DNA from: a virus
Taxonomy: Duplodnaviria; Caudoviricetes
Virus record (IMG/VR): IMGVR_UViG_3300030108_003891
Span: 1 to 38,072 of that record
Reading direction: 5' to 3' (one strand)
Length of the DNA stretch: 38,072 nt
Part shown: positions 15,058 to 24,427 of the stretch, piece after piece
Layout of the letters: the number at the start of each line of letters is the position of its first letter
Numbering within the stretch: the first letter of the stretch is position 1
Translations under genes and position numbers: made by a program
The notes under the pieces: generated by a model
Database searches by the model: none
The model's input: only the letters and a program-made list of their open reading frames with translations
Told to the model about the DNA's origin: nothing

Positions 15058-15581
15058 TGTTTGATTTTGGTCCAGTTGTGATCGATCACGGTATGCCGAT
15101 GGATGGCGAGCCCATGGGTGAGTTGGACATTCTTGACGGTTTGCGAGCGATGTCGATGTTCAAGCGTGATCCAGGCCCTCTCAAGCCCACTGATCTCAAT
15201 CAAGAGGTCAAGTATGCACTCGCTGAGAATCCCCACTGCCTTGACATGCTGTATCAAGAGGGATTCCTCGATGACTCTCTGGTCCGCGAGATGGAGCAGA
15301 TGATCGAGGACTCAGTCGGCGCTGCCGCAGCCATGCCTCAAATGGTCGAGCCAGGTGTGATTGTGGTCGTTCAAGGCGCGGAAACTGGCGGCCCGAAGAA
15401 GAAGAAGTCTAAAAGCCGGGTCAATGAGGCCGGTAACTACACCAAACCTGCGATGCGTAAGCGCCAGTATCAACGCATCAAGGCTGGGGGCAAGGGCGGT
15501 AAGCCCGGTCAGTGGTCAGCCCGTAAGGCTCAGATGCTTGCGGCTGCGTACAAAAAAGCTGGTGGGGGCTATCGGGACTGA
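15057..15581 (+). CDS. Protein with acidic N-terminus and basic C-terminal GQWSARKAQ domain (DUF5872-like, N-half)
   Basis: TGATG coupling gives the start at 15057. NYTKPAMRK..GGKGGKPGQWSARKAQMLA..YKKAGGGY. Confidence 0.75.
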   Translation: MFDFGPVVIDHGMPMDGEPMGELDILDGLRAMSMFKRDPGPLKPTDLNQEVKYALAENPHCLDMLYQEGFLDDSLVREMEQMIEDSVGAAAAMPQMVEPGVIVVVQGAETGGPKKKKSKSRVNEAGNYTKPAMRKRQYQRIKAGGKGGKPGQWSARKAQMLAAAYKKAGGGYRD

Positions 15582-15964
15582 TGGGCAAGAAGACTTCCCA
15601 AAAGTCTCTGGATACCTGGACCAAGCAGAAGTGGACGACGGCATCAGGAAAAAAGAGCGGCGACACCGGAGAGGTGTATGCCCCCAAGAAGACGATCGAT
15701 GCATTGAAATCGTCTCCGTCTGGGCGTAAAAAGCTGGCCGCAGCTAATCGCAAAAAGAGAGAAGCAACCAAGAAGGGCAAGCAGTTTGCATCTCACGGCC
15801 TCCATAAAGGAAAAAAGCGGTCGGAGAAGGGCAATCCAGCAGAGGACAAGTTTCTGGCCAAACACATGCGGATGCAATACAAAAAGAAGCCCAACATGAC
15901 CGAGGCCGAGCGTAAGCGAGAACTCGCCATAGGGTACAAAAAATTTGAAAATAGGAAGAAGTAA
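15581..15964 (+). CDS. Small basic protein (DUF5872-like, C-half)
   Basis: SQKSLDTWTKQKWTT..GEVYAPKK..KKREATKKGKQF; TGATG coupling. Confidence 0.75.
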   Translation: MGKKTSQKSLDTWTKQKWTTASGKKSGDTGEVYAPKKTIDALKSSPSGRKKLAAANRKKREATKKGKQFASHGLHKGKKRSEKGNPAEDKFLAKHMRMQYKKKPNMTEAERKRELAIGYKKFENRKK

Positions 15965-16350
15965 TGAGCGTGAATAAAGCAATCCTCGTTGGCCGTCTTG
16001 GAGTTGATCCTGAGCTTAGGAACACTGGCACAGGCACAAGCGTCGTCAACATCCGCATGGCGACCACAGATCGACGCAAAGAAGGCGACGAGTGGGTAGA
16101 TCACACCGAGTGGCACAACGTCACTGTGTGGGGTCGCACAGCCGAGAACGTGGCGAAGTTTTGCTCCAAGGGCAAAGAGATCTACGTCGAGGGTAAGATT
16201 CAAACCCGTAAGTACACTGACAAGTCAGGTGTAGACCGCTACTCCACTGAGATCGTGGCAGACAACGTCCGGTTCTTGGGTAGCCGTAATGACAGCGCAC
16301 CCATGCGTCCATCGGCTGCGCCAGCAAACGACGAGCACATCCCGTTCTAG
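15964..16350 (+). CDS. ssb: Single-stranded DNA-binding protein
   Basis: VNKAILVGRLG.DPELR, TEWHNVTVWG, KGKEIYVEGKIQTR, C-terminal DEHIPF. Confidence 0.97.
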   Translation: MSVNKAILVGRLGVDPELRNTGTGTSVVNIRMATTDRRKEGDEWVDHTEWHNVTVWGRTAENVAKFCSKGKEIYVEGKIQTRKYTDKSGVDRYSTEIVADNVRFLGSRNDSAPMRPSAAPANDEHIPF

Positions 16351-16517
16351 TTTGAGCCGTATATCTCCTTCTTGAAGATGTCAGTCAACTTCTCGATGTA
16401 CTTCCGCCTATCAACCTTTTGCGATGGCGGGGGCGCATCACTGATCTTGCCCTCTTCTTTAAGTTTTTGAAGAAGCTCATTAAACTTGCGATAGTCTTCT
16501 TGTGACTTATTGGACAT
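16347..16517 (-). CDS. 56-aa hypothetical protein, antisense to the late operon
   Basis: Below the ORF-track cutoff: MSNKSQEDYRKFNELLQKLKEEGKISDAPPPSQKVDRRKYIEKLTDIFKKEIYGSN. AGGAG RBS. Fills the ssb-terS gap; its stop overlaps the ssb stop in CTAG. Confidence 0.75.
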   Translation of the reverse strand: MSNKSQEDYRKFNELLQKLKEEGKISDAPPPSQKVDRRKYIEKLTDIFKKEIYGSN

Positions 16518-16561
16518 GCGTAACTCCTACGCTGTGTGATAATGGGTTAAAAGGAGGGCAT

Positions 16562-17110
16562 ATGTCTGACGAAAAAGATGATATGAATGAGAATGATGTT
16601 GTCGGCGTTATAGCCGAAGTCAGTCACATTAAGAACCCTCATGTGAGTGAGTGGTTGAAGCCAGATGATAACGGCTTTCGCCCTACACCACAGCAGGAAA
16701 ACTTCCGCCTCTTGGCCTACAAAATGGCTTCACGTAAGCGGTTTTTCCGTGGTGAATGGTACAAGGCCACCAAGGCCAGAGAGTATACCGGGGTGCCCAT
16801 CAATGAGCGCACTTGGACTCGTTGGTGCAGAGAGGACGATCGCTTCCTGGGGTGGTTCTACTCAGACTTCCCAGACACTGCCGAGATCTCTGAGGAAGAG
16901 TTTCGTATGATGGACACTCAGTACTGGACTGGTGTTCGTGATGCGATGTCAGAGGGTGAAGAGTGGGCGTATCGTCAGTACGCTAAGACACGGTTCGATT
17001 CTGCCGCAGCCAAGAGGGATGCTGCTGACAGTGAGTCGCTGCTTGAGCTTCGGGCATACTTCGACACTGGTGGCGGTGACTCGTGGAAGATTGAGCCGGG
17101 TGAGGCATAG
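16562..17110 (+). CDS. Putative terminase small subunit (HTH)
   Basis: ATG at 16562 follows AAGGAGG (start revised from 16502). HTH-like GVPINERTWTRWCREDDRF. Directly upstream of and overlapping terL. Confidence 0.65.
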   Translation: MSDEKDDMNENDVVGVIAEVSHIKNPHVSEWLKPDDNGFRPTPQQENFRLLAYKMASRKRFFRGEWYKATKAREYTGVPINERTWTRWCREDDRFLGWFYSDFPDTAEISEEEFRMMDTQYWTGVRDAMSEGEEWAYRQYAKTRFDSAAAKRDAADSESLLELRAYFDTGGGDSWKIEPGEA

Positions 17111-18678
17111 TGAATGCCAACGACAAAAAGCTCATGGCTCAACTCATGGCTCATCCTGGTGAGTTCATTGGTCGTCTGAAGATTGTAGACGAGAAGGGTC
17201 AGGAGAGATCGTTCAACACACCGTTCGCTGAGCAAGTCATGGCGCTGGAGGACTTCTGCTCAGACGCAGAGACGGTCATCCACTACAAGCCTCGTCAGAT
17301 CGGTGACACCACCGTAGCAACGGCGTACAACTTTAACTACCTGTACTGGACACAAGATCCAGCCCGGTGTCTCGTTGTTGCAGACTCCTACGACTCCACA
17401 GACGCCATCTTTGGTCGTGTGCGCCACTACTACCGATCTTTGCCCCAGATGCTCAAGAAGCCCATCGAGCGCTCAAACAAGCGCGAGTTGATCTTCAAGG
17501 ACAGCATGGCCGGTTTCCGCTGCATGACGGCAGGCGGTAAGAGTGATGCTCGTGGCTGGACATACCAGCGTCTGCACGCAGATGAGTTGGCATTCTGGCC
17601 TAATGCAGAGGATGTTTGGGCGTCCGTCACCTCGACATTGCACGAGGGCCCGCACAAGAAGATCATTATTATTTCTACTGCTGACGGACCCGGCAACCTT
17701 TTCCATTCCAAGGTTTTGAGCGCCATTGAAGCAAACCGTCGCGGGGATCCATCTGTTCGCTTCCGCTTTTTCAAGTGGTCCGATCACTGGGCATACCAGT
17801 CAGATGTGCCAGATGGTTGGGAGCCTGACCAGGAAGAGTGGGAGTTGATGCAGCAGCACAACCTCACCATGCGTCAGTTGTACTGGCGTCATGACAAGAT
17901 CCATGGCGTGAATGGCATTGGTATCCGTCGATTCAGGCGAGAGTACCCCCTCACAATCGAGGACGGCTTCGCCATTCATGACGGTAGCTGGTTCGACACG
18001 GACTACCTGAACTCAGTCTTGTCGTCACTCAAGCCCATTGAGGGCGAGTTGCGAATCTTTGAGCGGCCTTATCCAGGCATGAACTATGCGGTTGGTGTAG
18101 ACCCATCATGGTGCAATGGCGGAGACTATGCCGTGGCTCAAGTGCTGAGCGCAGATGGCCGCCAGGTTGCCACGTTGTCTATGAATCAGGGTGGCGAGAT
18201 TCTGTTTGCCCAGAAGGCCGTGGAGTTGGCGTTTCACTACAACAAGGCCAGGACGCTAGTAGAGGCCAACACGGGTGGCGCTGGACCTGTTGTTATTCGT
18301 GAGTTCCAGAAGGCAGGCCTTCCTCTTTGGCACAAGCCTCCTGCTCCCGGTCAGGCCGCAAGCAAGGTTGTCAAATACTGGACGACTACACGCGGAAGTA
18401 AAGAAGAAGGCTATGCCCACTTGCGTCAAATGATCAACGGCGATGCCCTGATTTTGAATGATTTGCCTACCGTTCAGGAGTTGATGCACATCCGTGAGCA
18501 ATCGGGCAAGATCGAGGGCCAAGATGGTTACCACGACGACCACTGTGATGCGTTAATGCTTGCTGAGTGGAATCGTCGGAAGATGCCTCAATCCCAAGAG
18601 ATTCCAATGCGGCGCAATAAGAGATATTATGCCCGCACAAATCCTTTCAATGTAATGAGCGGAGCTAAGGTCTCGTGA
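17110..18678 (+). CDS. terL: Terminase large subunit
   Basis: Walker A-like KPRQIGDTT, Walker B LHADE, coupling motif IISTADG, RNase H-like nuclease VGVDPS, VEANTGG, HDDHCDAL. Confidence 0.95.
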   Translation: MNANDKKLMAQLMAHPGEFIGRLKIVDEKGQERSFNTPFAEQVMALEDFCSDAETVIHYKPRQIGDTTVATAYNFNYLYWTQDPARCLVVADSYDSTDAIFGRVRHYYRSLPQMLKKPIERSNKRELIFKDSMAGFRCMTAGGKSDARGWTYQRLHADELAFWPNAEDVWASVTSTLHEGPHKKIIIISTADGPGNLFHSKVLSAIEANRRGDPSVRFRFFKWSDHWAYQSDVPDGWEPDQEEWELMQQHNLTMRQLYWRHDKIHGVNGIGIRRFRREYPLTIEDGFAIHDGSWFDTDYLNSVLSSLKPIEGELRIFERPYPGMNYAVGVDPSWCNGGDYAVAQVLSADGRQVATLSMNQGGEILFAQKAVELAFHYNKARTLVEANTGGAGPVVIREFQKAGLPLWHKPPAPGQAASKVVKYWTTTRGSKEEGYAHLRQMINGDALILNDLPTVQELMHIREQSGKIEGQDGYHDDHCDALMLAEWNRRKMPQSQEIPMRRNKRYYARTNPFNVMSGAKVS

Positions 18679-21068
18679 GTGAAAAAGATCAAATAACGCC
18701 GAAGTTGGTCCATCAGTTCGTTCGCGGTCACGACAAGTACGCTCGCAACAACCGTAAGGATTGGTCCCTGTACAAGCACACCTACATGACTCGCTACTGG
18801 GAGTACATGACGGGTGACGACATGCCCAAGCGCAACCGTCGTCTTCGAGAAGTTGAGGTCGAGGTAAACCGACTGTGGGGTGTCATCACCTCATACTTGT
18901 CGGCGTTGTACCCAAGAGCTAGCCGAGTTGTTCTGTCTCCTGATCCTACAGGTAAGGGCGATCCAGAGAAGGCTGAGCTTGCTGTGAACCGGATGCTCTC
19001 CAGTCGCAAGATTCATGAGCGCGTGATGACCTCACTGCGTCAGGCGCTTTTGTACCCTGGTTCAGGTATGAAGGTCGGATACAAGCATGGTCGCGGTAAC
19101 CCCATGGACCGTGTATGGATGCGTGTCATCCCTGTGTGGGAGATGTTGCTCGATACAGAGGTCTCGGACACAGATGATGAGCGATTCCGGGGTCACCTGT
19201 ACTACCGTCCGAAGCACGAGGTGGAGGAGGAGTATGGCCTCAAAGACCTCAATGGTGTGCGTCGAGTCGACTTCTTGTCAGGTTCAGACACGGAGGCTGA
19301 CGACTACAAGAACCGCAAACGCTACGAAGTGCCGAATGATGACAACAACTTCGTTCGTGTTCTCGAGTTCTGCAATCTTGTAGATCACTACGTAGACCCT
19401 GAAAACCCAGAGATGAGGTATGAGGGTCGCCTGGAGATCTATGTGATGGGCCAGGGCGCTGTGTCGAAGAAGCCTGTGTACGTTGGACCGCTGCCATTTG
19501 CTAAGCATGATGGCGAACCAATGGCCCACATCGTACCGCTGATCTTCAACTACGAGCCAGAGTTCCCTCTTCGCGGCATCGCACACGTCAAGCGACTGAT
19601 GCCTCAGTTCAAGGAGTTGAACGCTTACCGCTCTTACATGGCCATGGCGACACGTAAGGACACCCGTCAGTACGTTACCCGCAAGGGAACCTTCAACTCA
19701 GACGAGATGACCTTGCTGACTGAGGGCCACGACGGTCTCATTCTAGAGGTTGATTCAGGATATGAGCGACCCCTCGCCGACGCTATTCTTCCGATTCAGA
19801 ACGCGCCGATTTCAGCTAACATTCAAAACTACTTGGCCACGGTTGAGGTTGACTTGGAGCGTGTCATTGGGACGAGCCCAGCCGCCCGTGGAATCGTCAC
19901 CAAGGCGACGGCGTACGAAGTAGAGACCGTCCAGCAGTACACTGAGTCTGAGTTCGGCTTGCATGCTGCGATCAAGGATCAGTGGCTTGCAAGCCTGACT
20001 GAGTTGATGATGCGTGCGCTCATCTCCTGTATGCAAGATGACGGCGACAGTGCTGGTGCATTCGAGGCGCAAAGTGTCGATGTAGCTGAGGTTGGTGCTG
20101 CTGCACAAGAAGATCAACCTACAGAGCCAGAAGAGCGCGAGCCAGAGACGTTTGACCGAGCCAAGATCATCTCCCTCGCTGAGATGATTGGTGTCGATGT
20201 TAACGAGGAAGACTTCAAGGATCTGGCTTCAAAGATCACCATGAAGCGTGAGCTTGATGACATGAATGAGGAGGAGTTGAACCTTCTTGGCTCAACGCTT
20301 GCTGGTCGAACCGCAGACATCTCGAAGGCTGATGAGGAGCATGAAGAAGAGCAGGCTGAGCTTGCACTTGTTCGCAACACTGCGTCTATGCAAGAGCCTC
20401 TGGTAGATGACAGCGTCGTCCCACCACTCGGATTGTTCGAGGATGGGGAGTCGTATCAGATCGTATCGGAGACGATCATCCTCAAGGACCGCAATGAGCA
20501 GATCGTCGTCTCTGCCGAGGATCTTGACGGGAACTTCTTGATCAGCTTCGTCGAGGGCGGTCGCACGCCGATGAGTGACGCTGCGATGCAGCAGAACCTC
20601 GTTGCACTGCTTGAGCCATACAGCGCTCTCTGGCAGACCGCTAACCAAGGTGGTCCCGTTGGCGTGTTTGCCAAGAACTACATGAAGGTTCTCGCTGAGC
20701 GCTTCGACTTGCCCAAGGACCTGCATCCTGATGAGCTTGATGCTGAACTCGCTCAGCAAACTGAAAGTGAGGGCGACAAGCCAGCACAGCAAGCTCAACC
20801 GGCACCGCAAGAGGCCGCACCCGAGCAGCCCCCTGCTGAGGCAGGGCCAGAGGCTCCACCTCCAGAGGGTGGCGCAGCACCATCTCCACAAGAGGTGATT
20901 CAACAGCTTGCACAGATGCCGCCCGAGCAGGCGATTGAAGCGCTGAAGCAAATGTTCGCTGAGTCACCTGAAGTAATGCAAGTCATACAACAGATTGAGG
21001 CAATGCCGCCTGATCAACAGCCTGCGGCTATTCAACAACTACTGGAGGCGGTGAGTGCCAACATATAG
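18675..21068 (+). CDS. Portal protein (P22-like), with acidic insertion and Q/P-rich tail
   Basis: Follows terL. ALLYPGSGMKVG, RVIPVWEMLLD, KATAYEV motifs; long Gln-rich C-terminus. Confidence 0.85.
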   Translation: MSEKDQITPKLVHQFVRGHDKYARNNRKDWSLYKHTYMTRYWEYMTGDDMPKRNRRLREVEVEVNRLWGVITSYLSALYPRASRVVLSPDPTGKGDPEKAELAVNRMLSSRKIHERVMTSLRQALLYPGSGMKVGYKHGRGNPMDRVWMRVIPVWEMLLDTEVSDTDDERFRGHLYYRPKHEVEEEYGLKDLNGVRRVDFLSGSDTEADDYKNRKRYEVPNDDNNFVRVLEFCNLVDHYVDPENPEMRYEGRLEIYVMGQGAVSKKPVYVGPLPFAKHDGEPMAHIVPLIFNYEPEFPLRGIAHVKRLMPQFKELNAYRSYMAMATRKDTRQYVTRKGTFNSDEMTLLTEGHDGLILEVDSGYERPLADAILPIQNAPISANIQNYLATVEVDLERVIGTSPAARGIVTKATAYEVETVQQYTESEFGLHAAIKDQWLASLTELMMRALISCMQDDGDSAGAFEAQSVDVAEVGAAAQEDQPTEPEEREPETFDRAKIISLAEMIGVDVNEEDFKDLASKITMKRELDDMNEEELNLLGSTLAGRTADISKADEEHEEEQAELALVRNTASMQEPLVDDSVVPPLGLFEDGESYQIVSETIILKDRNEQIVVSAEDLDGNFLISFVEGGRTPMSDAAMQQNLVALLEPYSALWQTANQGGPVGVFAKNYMKVLAERFDLPKDLHPDELDAELAQQTESEGDKPAQQAQPAPQEAAPEQPPAEAGPEAPPPEGGAAPSPQEVIQQLAQMPPEQAIEALKQMFAESPEVMQVIQQIEAMPPDQQPAAIQQLLEAVSANI

Positions 21069-21651
21069 CTACAAATGTGAAGACTGCGGTGAAGTAAAAG
21101 ACCATATGTTTCGGTTCTCTAGCCGTCCAGAGTCGGTAGATTGCGCGTCTTGTGGTGGAGATTCAAAGAGGATCTTCGCGGTATCTGACGCTCAAACAAA
21201 CGACCCATACAACAAAAAGCCAGAAAGAAACAGGCGAATGAACGGCCTTGTCATGCACCTTTATATGTGTGCAGACTGTGACCACAAGTTCGATGAGTTG
21301 GTAGACTTCTCCCAGGGTGAAAACTACGACGATCCTCAGGAATGCCCGAAGTGCAAGTCCATGAACTCTAAGTGGTTGCCTATGGCTCGTATTGATAGGT
21401 GGAGTGAAAGGTTTCCCTATTATGATCGCGGGCTAGGTGTTATGTTGCAGAGCAAGCAACATCGTGATCAAATATGCAAAGAACGCGGACTGACTCCAGT
21501 TGATGGTGATTGGGACGCAGATAAGCTGTTCAAAGAATGGGATGTTGAGAAAGATAAACAGATAAAAGAATACGATGACTACTGTGACCGATTAGAGAAT
21601 CACCCAGCCTTCCGCCAGTTTCGGATGGCCAGAGATAAACAACAACTTTAA
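21055..21651 (+). CDS. Double FmdB-type zinc-ribbon protein
   Basis: MPTYSYKCEDCG..CASCG and LYMCADCDHKF..ECPKCKS. Confidence 0.85.
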   Translation: MPTYSYKCEDCGEVKDHMFRFSSRPESVDCASCGGDSKRIFAVSDAQTNDPYNKKPERNRRMNGLVMHLYMCADCDHKFDELVDFSQGENYDDPQECPKCKSMNSKWLPMARIDRWSERFPYYDRGLGVMLQSKQHRDQICKERGLTPVDGDWDADKLFKEWDVEKDKQIKEYDDYCDRLENHPAFRQFRMARDKQQL

Positions 21652-21660
21652 GGAATCGCC

Positions 21661-22266
21661 ATGTACGGAATGAAGAAAGAATACGGCCAGCCCCAGGGTG
21701 ACATGCCCGCAGAACAGCCGATGCCGGAAGGTGGCGAGGCTCCTGCACCAGCACCCGATCCTCAAATGGAGATGGAGCAGCAGTTCCAACAAATGGCTGA
21801 CGCTGCCCCTCAGCCAGAGAAGCCATTCACGGTGAAGGTCATCGATCGTCTGGTCAAGACGCTCAACAAGTTGATGTCTTCTCTTTCTGATGCAGATGCC
21901 CCGGATCTTACGTTTGATCCTGGGGAAGATGTAAAGGGTGGTAAGTTCGACAAGGCGCTGCCTGCTGATCTGTTCATCACACTCGTTGCAGTCACTCAAC
22001 TGCTGGAAATGGTCGGCGGTGGTGAGTTTGCGAGCAAGTACGGATTCGATCCCTACACAGCGGTTACCGATACCGATCTTCGTAAGATCACCGCTCAGCT
22101 TGAGCGTATGGCCAAGGACAAGAAGTTCATGGAAGCGATCAAGGAGATGGCTGAGGGTGAGGACATGGCTGGCGATGAGGGCCCCCAAGACGACATGGAG
22201 CCAATGGCACCCGCTCCCACTGAAATGACGGCAGAAGATGAAGAACTTGCTTCGGCAATGGCATAG
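21661..22266 (+). CDS. Acidic hypothetical head-region protein
   Basis: AAGGA RBS; lies between portal and scaffold. Confidence 0.75.
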   Translation: MYGMKKEYGQPQGDMPAEQPMPEGGEAPAPAPDPQMEMEQQFQQMADAAPQPEKPFTVKVIDRLVKTLNKLMSSLSDADAPDLTFDPGEDVKGGKFDKALPADLFITLVAVTQLLEMVGGGEFASKYGFDPYTAVTDTDLRKITAQLERMAKDKKFMEAIKEMAEGEDMAGDEGPQDDMEPMAPAPTEMTAEDEELASAMA

Positions 22267-22328
22267 ACTTAAAAGAGTTGATTATATAGATTGTATGGTG
22301 GTAGTTTTTACACCTAAAGGAGTTTTGA

Positions 22329-23285
22329 GTGAGCGATGAAATTGTAAATGATGTAGATGTTCAAGAAAGTGCCGGTTCTACCGGGCTTCTGGACGATGTT
22401 CAAGATGTGGCTGTACAGAACGATGTACAAATGGATGCTGCACCTGATGCCGATTTTTCGAGGGATGAGCAGCCTTCGGCAGCCACTGCTCAAATCGACG
22501 CGAAGTCATTCGACCCGCTCTTTCATGACATTGATGACGATGACCTCAAGACTGATGCGTTTTACGACGGCATCACTGAGAGTGACATCAAAGAGCTTCC
22601 GACTGTAGCTCGGCGTATGCTTCACAACTTCCGTGTTGCATACAAGCTGAAGCAGAACGAGTTGAACAAGTCGCATGAGGACCGCGTCAGCCAGTACAAG
22701 CAGCGGGAACAGCAGATTCAGCATCTCGAACGGGACTTTGCTCGTCGTCAGGCTGAGTGGGCATCCCTTATCGAGGACCCAGCGATTCAAAATGCGCTGA
22801 AGGTAAGCGATGAGGAGCTTCCTGACATCATGTCCGAAGAGGGCATGAATGCTCATATCAACCGTCGTGTTGCAGAGGCAGTAAGCAATGTCTTCCAGCC
22901 AATGCACGAGGCCTCAACGCAACGACGCCAGGAAGCAGCGTTTTACGATTTCCTTGATGCACATCCTGAGATGAAGGACCCGGCGTTCAAGAAAGAAGTC
23001 GCAGCATTGGTCACCGATCGTAAGAACACTGACGCGCCTCTGAGCACACAAGATGCTTATGAGGTTGTCAAGGCTCGCAAGATCATGGCTGAGCAACGCT
23101 CACGGACTGAGAAGGAGCGACGAGCACGGGCTGAGGCCGCACGTCGTGTACAGCGCAGTTCAATGAGCGGCTCGCCCGACGCGATGCAAATTCCCCCTGA
23201 TGTCAAGAAGCAAGGTGCGGCTTCGATTGCTGCTTGGCTCAAGTCAAACCCCGAAGCTGCAAAAGCATTGTCTAACTACCGCTAA
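22329..23285 (+). CDS. Putative capsid scaffolding protein
   Basis: GTG after AAGGAG. Acidic N-terminus, coiled-coil middle, basic C-terminus. Immediately before the major capsid gene. Confidence 0.75.
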   Translation: MSDEIVNDVDVQESAGSTGLLDDVQDVAVQNDVQMDAAPDADFSRDEQPSAATAQIDAKSFDPLFHDIDDDDLKTDAFYDGITESDIKELPTVARRMLHNFRVAYKLKQNELNKSHEDRVSQYKQREQQIQHLERDFARRQAEWASLIEDPAIQNALKVSDEELPDIMSEEGMNAHINRRVAEAVSNVFQPMHEASTQRRQEAAFYDFLDAHPEMKDPAFKKEVAALVTDRKNTDAPLSTQDAYEVVKARKIMAEQRSRTEKERRARAEAARRVQRSSMSGSPDAMQIPPDVKKQGAASIAAWLKSNPEAAKALSNYR

Positions 23286-23298
23286 ATAGGAGCCTAAA

Positions 23299-24351
23299 AT
23301 GGCCACTACTTCCCTGACCATTGGAAACGAACTGCTTTCCACCACCATGCACATCCTGATGAAGGACTTTCGTGACAACGTTCACGAGTCCGTCGCGTTT
23401 CTGGATGCACAAGAGCGTATCCACGGCGCTGGCAAGCCAGTTCAAGCCGGTGGCTCACGTATCGTTGTGCCTCTGGGCTTCGGTGAGCACTCTTCCACAA
23501 CTCGCCTTCAGACTGGCTTCGAGCGTATCGACCTGAGCGTCGAGGACGTGTTCCAGCCTGCACAATACGACTTCGGTCACGTTGTGCGTCCAGTCGCTAT
23601 CTCCTCCGAGGAAGAGATGGTCAACCAAGGCGATGCTGCAATCCTCTCGATCCTTGAGAGCCGCGTGATGATGACTGCAAACGCTCTCAAGCGCGAGTAC
23701 GTCAAGCAAATCGTCAAGGGCGGTCAAGTTGGCTGGGAAGACTGGGGAACCCTCAACGGGTTCGATGTCACCACTGGTGATCACGCTGGATTCCTTGAGC
23801 CTGAGGCTGTTGGCGCACAAGCAAACGTTTGTGGTGGCGTTAGCAAGTCTACGTTCAGCAGCAAGACTGGTTGGCAAAACCAAGTCTTCGATGGCGCTGG
23901 TTCCTTCAACTCGAACGGCCTCGCAGGTCTTTACGACCTTCTCGTCGAGATCGATGCAGTGTCGCCATCTGGCAAGCCAAACGTGATCCTCGCCTCCCGC
24001 GCTGGATTCAAGAACCTGAAGCGCGCTCTTCAGGCTCACGAGCGTTACGTCGATCAGTCTCAGATCGATGGTGGCCGCATGGTCGAGACCTTCCAAGGCA
24101 TTCCGATCAACGTTGAGTTCAACATGCCTAGCGATGGTACAGCTACCACTGCTGACCCGATCAGCTTCTACATGCTGAACATGAACGACATCTACACCCT
24201 GTGGGATCCACAAGGGTACTTCGACCTCTCGGACTTCGAGACTGTGTCGGGTGAGTACGATGTCCGCGCTGCTAAGCTTCGGTGCCGTGGTCAACTGATC
24301 GCTAAGCACCTCGGCTCAAGCGGTGTTGCATTCGACCTGGACACCTTCTAG
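23299..24351 (+). CDS. Major capsid protein
   Basis: 350 aa, AGGAG RBS, strongly biased codons. GGSRIVVPL, PNVILAS, FQGIPI, FYMLN motifs; position after the scaffold gene. Confidence 0.88.
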   Translation: MATTSLTIGNELLSTTMHILMKDFRDNVHESVAFLDAQERIHGAGKPVQAGGSRIVVPLGFGEHSSTTRLQTGFERIDLSVEDVFQPAQYDFGHVVRPVAISSEEEMVNQGDAAILSILESRVMMTANALKREYVKQIVKGGQVGWEDWGTLNGFDVTTGDHAGFLEPEAVGAQANVCGGVSKSTFSSKTGWQNQVFDGAGSFNSNGLAGLYDLLVEIDAVSPSGKPNVILASRAGFKNLKRALQAHERYVDQSQIDGGRMVETFQGIPINVEFNMPSDGTATTADPISFYMLNMNDIYTLWDPQGYFDLSDFETVSGEYDVRAAKLRCRGQLIAKHLGSSGVAFDLDTF

Positions 24352-24363
24352 GTCATCCTGATT

Positions 24364-24396
24364 GGGTGGGGGTCGTGTTGATCCCCACCCTATTTC
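24364..24396 (+). terminator. Hairpin after the capsid gene (weak terminator or stabiliser)
   Basis: GGGTGGGGGTC-GTGTT-GATCCCCACCC followed by only TATTTC. Confidence 0.6.
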
Positions 24397-24427
24397 ATAG
24401 CCATTTAGTCAAAAGAGGGAGGACAAC

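Noticed and set aside
23455-24309. Long antisense ORFs opposite capsid and other late genes (also 6595..7359, 20292..20951, 21592..22188, 24482..25108)
   Set aside because: Expected by-product of codon bias on the coding strand; no RBS or motifs.
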